From Lama glama (taxonomy: Eukaryota), in contig CM052817.1 of the NCBI GenBank assembly GCA_028534125.1, forward strand, positions 39,620,001 through 39,684,000: DNA of 64,000 nucleotides, in the 5' to 3' direction. This document shows, piece by piece, positions 53,395 through 64,000 of this stretch. Both the position numbers and the translations under genes were made by a program. How positions within the stretch are numbered: the first letter of the stretch is position 1; the number at the start of each line of letters is the position of its first letter. The notes beneath the pieces are model-generated. The model saw nothing but the letters and a program-made list of their open reading frames with translations, had not been told where the DNA came from and searched no databases.

Positions 53395-54235
53395 AGCCAC
53401 TTGTTTGAATGGCATTACCAAAAAGACGAAAGATAGCAAATATCAGAGAGAATATGGAGAAAAAGAAATCACTGCACATTGCTGTTGGGAATGTAAATTG
53501 ACATAGTCATTATGGAAAATAGTATAGAGGTTCCCCCAAAAATCAAAAATAGAACTCCATATAATCTAACAATCCCACTTCTAGGTATCTACCCAAAGAA
53601 AATGAAATCAGTATCTTGAAGAGATATCTGTACTCTCGTGTTTATTGCAGCATTATTCACAAGAGCCAAAATACAGGAACAACCTAAATGTCCATCGAAA
53701 AACGAATGAATAAAAAACTATGATACATATTTTTTCAGGCTTAAAAACATTATTCAGTCTTAAAAAAAAGAAAGGTATCCTGTTATTTGCAACATGGATG
53801 AACCTGGAGGACATTACACTCAGTGAAATAAGCCAAACACAGAAAGACAAATGCTGCATATAGTCAGACTCATAGAAGCACAAAGTACAATGGTGGTTGC
53901 CAGGGACTGAGGGTAGGGGAACGGGGAGATGTTGATCAAAGGGTACAAAGTTTCAGTTACACAAGATGAATAAGTCCTGGAGATCTAATGTACAGCATGG
54001 TGACTTTATTTAACAGCACCATATTGTATACTTGAAATTTGGCAAGACAGTAAATCTTAAGCGTCCTCATCACACATTCTCTCTCTCTCACACACACACA
54101 CACGTTGACTACGTGAGGTGATGAATTTGTGGTGGTCATTTCAAAATGTATGTGTATATAAAAATTTTAAGTAATACACCTTAAATATATACCATTTTTG
54201 TCAATTATACTTCAATAAAACTGAAAAGAAAGAGA
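53395..54235 (+). mobile_element. L1MA-type ORF2 end + 3' UTR
   Basis: caatcccacttctaggtatctaccc...gggtacaaagtttcagtt...tcaattatacttcaataaaactg. Confidence 0.88.
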
Positions 54236-54249
54236 AAAAATAAGTTAAA

Positions 54250-54622
54250 TGGCCATAATTAGACTGACAGATGAGCTCTCAATGGAAACCAGAAGACAAT
54301 AAAAGGTATTTTCAACCTTCTGAAAGCAACCAACTTAAAATCTAGAATTCTACACACAGCAGAAATGTCCCTCAAGAATGAAAGCAAAATAAAGACTTTT
54401 ATGCAAATTAATATATAGTAACAGAAAAAAGATCAGTGGTTGGAAGCAAAGAAGGAGAGGGAGACATTACCAGGGGGCAGGAGGAAATTTGGGGTTCAAA
54501 TGTGTCCACTATTTTTATTGTGACAGTTCCACAACTGTAAACATGTGACAAAACTTACCAAATTGTACACTTTAAATATTTGCTGTTTATTGTATGCCAA
54601 CTATACCTCAATAAAGCTATTT

Positions 54623-54663
<41 letters not shown>

Positions 54664-54735
54664 AAAGACATTTTCAGACAAACAAAACTGAGGGAATTCG
54701 TCACCAGCAGACTCACCCAAAATTGAATTCTAAAG
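54250..54735 (+). mobile_element. Old L1 ORF1-like fragment with a nested L1 3' end and (TAAA)n tail (54625-54666)
   Basis: ctagaattctacac...aaaataaagac, then the tail, then aaagacattttcagacaaacaaaactgagggaattc. Confidence 0.65.
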
Positions 54736-57532
54736 GCTTGTCACTACCTGTTTTATCAGATTTTTATGTAAATCTATTGAAGAGGGGCCCTACTGTGCTT
54801 GTTCCCACAAACAAGGCACCAGGCTTTCACTCAGGGTGGCAGGAAGCTGAGTTAGTCTTTTTCCAGAAGAGGGAAGGTAAATTCAGCTAGTTTGTGTTGC
54901 TATAGTTCGATTCACAGTCCTGCACCCTTTGGTTCAGAGCTACAGTGACATCCATGCATTCAAATAATCGTCCTTCTTTGACTAATCTTTTGGGCTAGAC
55001 TTATCATTTTTCTTGCCAATGATCTACATGGTAAGTTATATCAAAAATTATACAAAGCATTGTTAGGTTTTCCCAGTTTAAGTACTAAAAGTATTTCTAT
55101 GTTGTCATTGTTTCCCATGGTTTTCACCAGGCTCTAATAACACACACCTGGTATTCTATGTACCAGAGGTTGCAACCTTGGAAATACCAGAAAAGGTAAT
55201 GGGGATGCATGAAGAAGGGACAGATGAGACAGAGAGAGAGAAAAAGTGATTACAATTTATCAAGATTTAAGTACAGTGACGAGAAAGACTGTTATTTTCA
55301 CAAATGTCACTTCTTGGGAAGAAAATTTGTCTTTATACAGGAAATACTTTGAAATCCTATTAGCATACAAAAAATTAAGACCCTGAGTTTAAAGACTGGC
55401 TACAGAAAATGGAACAAACCTCTCTGCTGGAGAAAACAGGCAGATGTGGGAGGGCTACATAAAAGAGAGGAGAGGAGGGTGAAGGAGGAACGGAGAGGGG
55501 TGGGAAGGCTGGGCAAGCAGACAGGTGGCCAGAGCCCCAGGGGACCTGAATAACCAGGAAAGATAAAGGGCTTTGAAGAGCAGAATATTTAGCGTTTAGC
55601 CTTATGCTAATTATACCTCTGAGCTACAAACCCCCTTCAACATTCTAAAGCCTTTAGTAAGTTCTGCTATAAACACAAATTCCCTGTGAGAGTTATTTGA
55701 AGAGAAGTCCAGGAAAAGTTCCATATTTGTAACAGATAGAAAAAGGCTGTAGAAGATGGGATGTTCATGAAATGGACAGTTCACAGAGACTAGGAGTTTA
55801 GAGTCAAAAGTGAGTATGGAAATACAAACTTACAGGAGTTTGCTAAGTCATGACCAAGAGCTGAGCTTCTTACAGAATATTGGGAAGTCTATATTTTATT
55901 TAAATCTCATAGACAAGGAGACTAGAGTTAACATCTGAGTCACATGTCTTTTTTCTTTTTGGTTCTGTTTTTTTTTTTTTTTTTACATCCCCCTACCACC
56001 AAAAACACTGGAAAGCGTATCTGAGAAACACAGGTTTAATTGAAGATAACAAAGCGATCCTAATATTAGACACGATCAAAATAGAATATTCTCAAGAAAC
56101 AAATCACTATCCAAAAGAAGCCTTTAATAAATATCTTCTAGCTCCCAATATTATTGCCTGGATGCTCAGCTTTGACTCCAATTCCTGATGTTATGCTTAG
56201 CACATCGTAGGTGCCCAAGAAACTACTGGTGAACTAAATAAATCTACAGACTAAAAGCCTGTCCTTACCAAGGTCTTTTCCTTAATATAGAATATTACTG
56301 CATTTGAGTTTCCACTAGACAGTTGGTATTCATGCAAGCAGGCACAACTAAGGGACTTTCAAACTTCTTAAGGCATAAAATATCGTTTTAGAAATGACTT
56401 GTTCCTGGAATTTTTTTTTTAAGCAGTTGTCATTGAAAGCTTGGGGAATAAAAAGATCTGGTGTTGGATCTGAAGAACTGTATTCACTAAAGCAGCGTCT
56501 GAATGCTTCTGAATACTCAATACGTGTGCACAGGAAGTAGAATTCCAGAAACGGTGAATACTTCTTCTTCTCAATAAATGAACGTATTGAATGTAACTCT
56601 TCTAGATGGGACCACTGACAAGGAAAAGAGGTTGAGTGGATCTTTGTACAACTCGTACTGGAACAACAAAAAATACTGAAGAAAATTTTAGAAAAGAAAA
56701 CAGTAAGTTTAAAAAAGCTAAAAAAAAAAGTTTCAACTACTGCTAGAATAATTACATTAGCAGATAAAGCTGTTCTGCTCCCAAACATTGAAACACTTCT
56801 ATTATGAAAGAGACAAGTGGAAAATAAACTGAGAGTTTATTTCTAAAAGCAATTTCTTTATGTAGCAGGAGGAAAAAAAATATAACTTCGCAGCTCTATA
56901 AAAGGGAAAGATCATGTTAGTTTAAAGGCCGTCATTCAACTGAGCTACTCTGTAGAAAAGAGAGAATTTATATCTGGCAGTGGAAAGAAAAAGTCAGCAT
57001 TCCAGGAAGGAGGAAAGGAGAAAGAGAAATGGGAGGAAGAGGGAGGGAGGGAGAAAAGGACAGATAGGAGGCCACAAGCTCTGCAGTAAATCCCCATCAT
57101 GAAAATCTCCTCAAATATTTAGCAAATGCTGATAGAAAGCATTAGATCCCTGCTGAATGCCACCTTATTGGGGGGGAGGGGAAGTCACTGTAAAAGGATG
57201 AACTCTGTACATGGGATGTGACAGGATTCTTTCCGAAGAGTTTTTTTTTTAATTCTCATAAAACCCAAGGCAATGACTAATGAACATCTTCATTAATGAG
57301 GATGAGAGCTGATCCAGGAGCACTGGGGGAGCAGGGTCTATAACACGTGAAAGGGAATGTTAGGATAATATTTTTAGATGAGATACAAGATTAGTCAGTA
57401 TCCTTCAGGGCAATAAAAGCATAACCTTAAGATATAAATTTCTACTAGGAAAATAATTCTGAGGCCATCATTAATTCCAGTGTGGGCTCCGAATCACAGC
57501 AAATAATAAGTCAGAAAAAGTATTCTTTTGGG

Positions 57533-58217
57533 TTCGTTGACAAAACAACAGCCTGCAGGCAAACCACCTGGTTTTACAAAAACAGGCAAATCTCGGAGGT
57601 ACTGTGGATTTGGTTCCAGAACACTGCGGTAAAGGGAATGTCACAACAAAGTGAGTTTCCCAAATGTTTTTGGTTTCCTACTGCACCTAAAACTTATATT
57701 TACACTGTCCTGTAGTCTATTACGCGGGCAATAGCATTATATCTAAAAAACAACGCACATACATTCATTTAAAAAGACTATTGCTGAAAAATGTTCACCA
57801 TCATCTGAGCCTTTAGCAAGTTGTTATCTTTTGCAATAGTCACATCAAAGATTACTGACGACAGATCACCATAACAAATAGAATAACAACGAAAAAGTCT
57901 GAAATATTGTGAGAATAGTGAACAAATGTTGTTGAAAAAAATGGTCCTGATAGACTTGCTCCATGCAGGGCTGCCACAAACCTTCCACTTAAAAACACGG
58001 TCTCTGCAAAGCATAATAAAGCAAAGTGCAATGACACAAGGAAGGTGTGCCTATAAAGCCTTTTTGGAACACAGCCATGTCCATTTGTTTAAACATTTTC
58101 TCCAACTGCTTTCAAGCTACAACAGCAGAGTTGAGTAATTGTAACAGAGATTATATGGCCTGCAAGTTTAAAATATTTACTCTCTGACCCTTTAAGGAAA
58201 AGTTTGCCCATCTCTGC
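57533..58217. mobile_element. MER58A-like hAT MITE interrupted by a Tigger1 derivative
   Basis: ttggaacacagccatgtccatttgttta...cagcagagttgagtaattg...aaaagtttgcccatctctg. Confidence 0.8.
57583..58053 (-). mobile_element. Tigger1-derived internally deleted TcMar DNA transposon
   Basis: TIR-like caggcaaatctcgg / gaaggtgtgcct; tagacttgctccatgcagggctgccacaaaccttc. Confidence 0.85.
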
Positions 58218-58974
58218 CCTAGATGATTAAACACATTACCGAGAAGACGTGTAGAAAATACTCCAATAGGACATTGAAAGGACATGTCGCCCGCTCTTCG
58301 CCATGTTTCCAAAGTTTGAACAATTTTTCTTAACAAGAAAATTTAGGTAGGGTAAAGCATAACTCTTTGATGCAAGGTTCAAACCACAAAGAGTATAAAA
58401 ACCTAGAAATTAACAGATATCAGAAAAGAGCTTTGAACTTTCAGAGGCAGCGGCATTGACGGGGCAATATGACAATGGCACAGGGCACAATGGCAGCAGA
58501 TGGTGTACGAGTAATACAGGAACCATGTGGCAGAATCAGTGTAGAGTCTGTCAGATCTTCTGTATTTTCTCCTCCTTATGAAACACAGCAATCATTGCTC
58601 ATAGTAATCATCTTGGGACACAACACAATCCTGAAGACTGGCAGCGTTTCATGAAAAGGAGTCTAATCTTGTTCAGCATAGTTTCAGTGACAATGAGTAT
58701 TCTCTTGGTCCAAATCTTACAGTACAAACAATGTGTGATGCATGTCCTATGGCAATGGTTTCCAGACTGCACTCCGTAAGGGAAGGAGGAGGAAGGATAG
58801 AGGAGTCTGCGAGTAGGATTCCCAAATTTTTTCTCTTATTTTAATCCCAGGAGCTGCCTTTTACCAATTTAAAAAAATCAAGTGTCCATCACTTTGAATT
58901 AATGCCTACTTGGGAGGAGGGGAAAAAAACCACTGCCTGTACTGCCCAAAGATGCTGCTAAATGGTCAAGACTT

Positions 58975-60000
58975 TCCAATGAGAAGAGAGAGAAAACATA
59001 GAAATGAAACAGGGAACGTCACAGCAGACCCTGCAGCCATTAAAAGGATACCATTAAAAGTACTTTTAAAGTCATTAAAAGCTCTATGAACTACTTTATT
59101 CTCACAAATTTGGCAATTTGAAAGAAATGGACAAATTCTTCAAAAACAACAAACTACCAAAAAAGAGCCAATATGAAATAGGGAACCAGAATAGTCCTAA
59201 AATTGCTAAAAAGAGGTTGGATTCCAAGTTTTAAAACTCCTGAAACAGAAATCTCCAGATCATAGTGGTTTCTCTTAGAATTTTATCAGACATTTAAAGA
59301 AATAACGTCAATTTAACACAACCTCCAGAAAGTTGAAGAGAACACATCCCAAACCATTGTATGAGGCCAGTATAACACTGATATCAAAACTAGGCAACAA
59401 TGTGACATAAAAAGAAAACTACAGACCAATATCACTCATGAATTTGGACACCAAAATCCTAATAAAATATTAGTACAGTTGTCCCTCAGTATTTGTAGGG
59501 AATTGATTCCAGGGCCACCCATGGATACCGAAATTCTCAGATGTTCAATTTCCTTATATAAAATGACATAGTATTTGCATACAACCTATGCACATCCTCC
59601 CATACGTTTTAAATCATTATTTATAATACCCAATACAATATAAATGCTGTGAAAATAGTTGCCACCAAGTGACAAAATCAAGCTTTGCTTTTAGGAACTT
59701 TATGCAATTATTTTTTTAAATATTTTTGATCCATGGTTGGTTGTATCTGCAGATACAGAACCTGAAGATTTGGAGGGCCAGTCATAAATTAAATCCAATG
59801 ATATATCAAAAGAATAATACACTATGAACAAGTGGGATTTATTCCAAGTAGCAGGTTGATTCAATATCCAAAAATAAATCAGTGAAATCTACCATATCAA
59901 CAGGCTAAAGAGGAAAAAAACCACATGATCGTATCTATCGACTCATTCCTCATTCATGACTTAAAAACCTAGTACACTAGGAATAGAGAGAATTTTCTCT
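58975..60000 (+). mobile_element. Old L1 ORF2 fragments with a nested MER2
   Basis: gaaatggacaaattc; tatgaggccagtataacactgatatcaaaac; aaaactacagaccaatatcactcatgaa (ENYRPISLMN). Confidence 0.8.
59476..59784. mobile_element. MER2-like TcMar-Tigger MITE
   Basis: cagttgtccctcagtat...ttatataaaatgacatagtatttgcatacaacctatgcacatcctcc, flanked by TA. Confidence 0.85.
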
Positions 60001-60054
60001 ATTCCACCCGGATTGAATCATGTCTTGCCTCTGTCATAAGCCATACAGTCGCAT

Positions 60055-60668
60055 TTTTTGACATTTATTCCAAAGATAAAAAAGCTTACATTTACACAAA
60101 ATCCTGTACACAAATGTTCATAGTGACCTTATTCATAATAGCCAAAAACGAAACAAGCAAATGTCCTTCAGTACATACAGTGAAATATACTGGTCCGCAG
60201 GAAAAAGGAACAGACACAACTCGGATGCATCTCCTGGGACTTGTGCTGTACGGGACAAGCCAAATGTTATATACTATATAATTCTATTCTTACAACATTT
60301 GTGAAGTAACATAATTATAAAATTAGGAACAGATTAGAGGCTGACTGGGATTAGGGATGGGGGGTGACTATAAGGGGACCCTTATGGTGATGGTAAAGTT
60401 AAGTAGCTGATTGTGGTGGTGGTTATTGCACAGAATTATACACACACACACACACAATAAACACATGTGTAACTGGTGACAATGGAATAAGCTCTACAGA
60501 TTGTACAACATCAATTTCCTAGTTTTAAAGTTGAACTATGACATTTTATGTACGACATTAACATTGGGGGATGCTTGGTGAAGGGTGCACAGGACCTCCT
60601 TGCACTTCTTTGTGCAACTTCCTGTGTATCTACAACTATTTCAAAATAAAATGCTAAAAAAGTAAATA
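60055..60668 (+). mobile_element. L1MC/MD-type 3' end
   Basis: acacaaaatcctgtacacaaatgttcatag...tgcttggtgaagggtgcacaggacctc...caaaataaaa. Confidence 0.78.
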
Positions 60669-60921
60669 AATAAACTGCCCAAAGATGACGCTTAGTTTTC
60701 CAGAATGCAGCAATACCTCCAATACACAAAATGTATCCACTCCGGAAAAACAGAATCTTAACGTGACACGTCTTAATGTGACCTTTTGTCATTTAAGTTT
60801 ACTAATTTCCTTACAGTTTATTGAACTTCAGGATCAAATTATTAAATCTATATATGGGATAGAGGCACATTACATAATAAATTTATAACTTGTCTTCAGT
60901 CTCTGTCCATTATGAAAGTTG

Positions 60922-61140
60922 GCAGAATATAGTGGTTATAAGCAAGACTCTGGACCTGGACTGTTCCACTTACTACCTGTGTGAGAAGTCGTTCCACCTC
61001 CCTTCCGCCTCAATTCCTCATCTGTAAAATTGGTGTGATAACAGTACCTACTTCAAAATGTGTTATGATTAAATGAGCTAATGTATGCAAAAAGTCTTGA
61101 AGAGCGCCTGGAACACTGCAAGTATTTGAGGGAAGTTAAC
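60922..61140 (+). mobile_element. MIR SINE
   Basis: gcctcaattcctcatctgtaaaattggtgtgataacagtacctac. Confidence 0.8.
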
Positions 61141-62482
61141 TCCATTACATACGTCCTTGCTAACGTTGCTAAAATGAGAATTCACTCTCTCTTTCAATTT
61201 CCTTTATCAGAGGACAAGTGCAAAAGAATGGGGCACCAGAAAATTGAGGCCATACATAAAATCCCTCATATGATTTTCACACTGAAAATCCCTCACCTCC
61301 CATAGAGTATTTCTTTACATAGTTCTACTGAGAAGCATAGAATGTCCCCAAGTAAACAATCACTGTCAGGATTGCCGTTGAACCAGAAGTAGAAAACACC
61401 AGAAAAAAAATCTAAGAAAATCGCCTGTGAAATTGGTCTGATTCCTGCTTCAAAGGGTTTGGGATAAGGCACCAGTTATTGGATCTAAATCTAATTTCCT
61501 GGGATTTTTATCTTTTTTAAACAACTGATTTTTATAAAAAGATGTTTGCAACCTACAATGAATATTGCTCTTTCACAAAAAAGTTAGCAATACCTTCCTC
61601 TCCCACCTGATGTCACATAATTAAAGCACTCACCATTCTGTTTTCCCAGTCAAAGCAATCAGATTGAACATGAAAATATACCATCGGGGTGGAGGTGGAA
61701 GTAGGACGGGAGAGACCACAGACAAGACACGTGAGCATTATTAGAGGAACAGTCCGTATCTCTTCCTCCTTGCCTCCTTCCTCCATTTGTTAATTCATTC
61801 ACAAATCATTTGAAAGTTCTTCCATGGGTCAGAATGTCTTCTCAGGGCTTGAAACACAACAATGAAAACTAAAAAGATAAAATCCCTACGCTCATGGAGC
61901 TCACAGCCTAGTGGGAAAGGCAGACAACACAAAATGACATTACTGTGTGGTTCCTTCTCTGAGCCGGGGAAAGGGAGGATGCTAAAGAAGCACTGTCCCT
62001 TGGTCTGTGGGATCAGAGGATGCTTTCTGAAAGTAGTGATATCTTCACTGAAACTGAGGGTAGAAGTCAGGGTGTTAACTGCAAGGCAAGTATTTTTTAC
62101 TTAGAGAGACTCCCATTTTTTAAAATAAACATGCCGAAACACTCATGGGAAGGAGCCAATGAAGAGAGAAAGGTTAAAAACTCAGAAGAGAAAGGGGAAA
62201 ACCCGTACACCAGGCTCCCCAAAGCAGAAGTAAGGGTAAGATGCAGAGAACACAGAAAGATTCACCCCAGGAGAGAGAGGTGAGAGGTTTTAAAGGGTGA
62301 GGGGTGGGAGAGAGCTCCTGGGGGAACACACAAGGAATTCCCAGCAGCAGAGAACGCAGTGGGGTCAGAGATGGCGAACAGCTGAAATGAGACAGACTCT
62401 CCTTTTCTGTGCCCCCGTGAAGGGCAAGGGGAGCTCAAGTGCTGTTTGCATCTGTAATGGGGTGTTCTTTAATAACACTTTC

Positions 62483-62920
62483 AGGAAGCCAGGCTGAAAA
62501 GGCTGCATACTGTATGGTTCCAATTATATGACATTCTGGAAAAGGCAAAACTCTGGAGACAGTAAAAAGATCAGTGGTTGGCAGGGGCTGGAGGGAAGGA
62601 ATGAACAGGTGGAGCACGGAGGATTTTTAAGTCATGAAACTATTCTGTATGACACCGTACTAATGGATACATTTGTCCAGATTCATGGAACGTACAACAG
62701 CAAGAATGAACCCTAATGTGAACTATGGACTCTGGGTGATAATGACGTGTCAATGTAGGTTCATCAATTGTAACAAAAGTACCACTCTGGTGGGGGATGT
62801 TGGTAATAGGGGAGATTGCACACGTGTGGGGGCAAGGGGCGTATATGGAAAAATTTCTGTACCTTCCTCTTAATTTTGCTGTGAACCTAAAACTCTTCTT
62901 AAAAAATTAAGTTAAAAAAA
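62483..62920 (+). mobile_element. L1MC-type 3' UTR
   Basis: gaaaaggctgcatactgtatggttccaattatatgacattctggaaaaggcaaa...gaaccctaatgtgaactatggactc. Confidence 0.85.
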
Positions 62921-64000
62921 TACTTTCAGGGCCTCTGTCCCTATATATAAATAATGAGAAATTGGGGGGGGGGGGTGGCGGGACTCAATACATCCTGACA
63001 CTTCTTTTAAAGAAAAAAACCACTATTAAATCATCTGACCTAAATATCACTAAACAGAACTCTAAAATGTGATACCTACAGGGCATCTCACTTCTTCGTT
63101 GAGATTCAGAGAGATGCTTCCTCTGCCCAGGGCCCCGCAATCCATCAGAGCCTGAACACAAACTCTGTCTCCCGACTTCCAGTCTGAGACGCTCCCTACT
63201 ACACAACACTTTTTTCTTTTCTCCATTAGATACTTCGAGGGACCATCTCACTTTCATTTTTCTGTCCTACTGCAAAGCACCAAGGCCACACTGTGAGAGA
63301 TGCCTATTCAGTCAATCGGCCAGTTACCCTGCCCCAGGGAACACTGCACTGATAGTTGGTTTTGGTGTCATGCAGACACAGCCTCACTGCTGGCCACTAG
63401 TGGCTCCTACATAGTCCCTAGAAATTAAAACATAGATGTCACTTGTGTCCCCAAACCCTCTCTGTCAGCATCTGTCTAGATGGACGGTTACTCTCAGACC
63501 CACAGAGAGGGCTTTCTTCCTAAGCCCAGAGAGGCGACACCTCATCATGGAGATGTCCATGTTCTTAGTCACTGAGGCCAGTTCTTGCCTCTCCTACTTC
63601 CGCTTTACTTTAGACGACCCAGGACAGATCAACAGGAAGACAGAGCCAAGAGGAGATGCTCTCCTTGAGGCCTAAAGACAAGGCATCTTGAATGAAAGCT
63701 TTTAGTTTCTAAGCAGAGGTCCATGCCAATCCCCCGCAACCAAAAAAAAAAAAAAAAAAAAGTGAGGCACAAGATTCAGCTCCTTCACACATACGTCCAT
63801 GTCCCTGCCACACCTGCTGCCCCACTTTGGACCCCCACCCGCCCTCCAGCACTTCCCTGCAGTACACCCGTCTTCTAAATTAGAATTGTCAGGGTTTTGT
63901 GAGGATTGCCGTTGACGCAGGCTCCTCTTGTGCGAGTCCCAGGACATACATTGGAACTGCCTCTTAAGACCCAAAGTAAGACAAGAGGGGCCAGGCAATC

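Noticed and set aside
1..64000. CRISPR arrays, operons or other prokaryotic systems
   Set aside because: The sequence is mammalian; no repeat-spacer array or gene-dense region is present

Overview
This is mammalian genomic DNA, most likely camelid (alpaca, llama or camel), judging by two vic-1-type tRNA-derived SINEs and a young L1 family; I saw no ruminant BovB or Bov-tA elements. It looks intergenic or intronic, and I recognise no host protein-coding gene. The supplied ORFs are almost all chance ORFs or transposon remnants. Roughly half the window is interspersed repeats (L1, L2, CR1/L3, MIR, MaLR/ERVL LTRs, hAT and Tigger DNA transposons), and there is a 500-N assembly gap inside a young L1. 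The main structured element is a 4.1-kb, internally deleted class I (gamma-like) ERV at 7911-12000. It has two LTRs, a tRNA-Arg-type PBS, decayed gag and integrase, and a PPT; its 3' LTR is selectively CpG-rich and promoter-like. Other points of interest are candidate spliced transcripts on both strands (one joining into a 130-codon ORF), two local templated duplications and two enhancer-like unique blocks. Repeat subfamily names come from remembered consensus sequences, and boundaries of old repeats are approximate.
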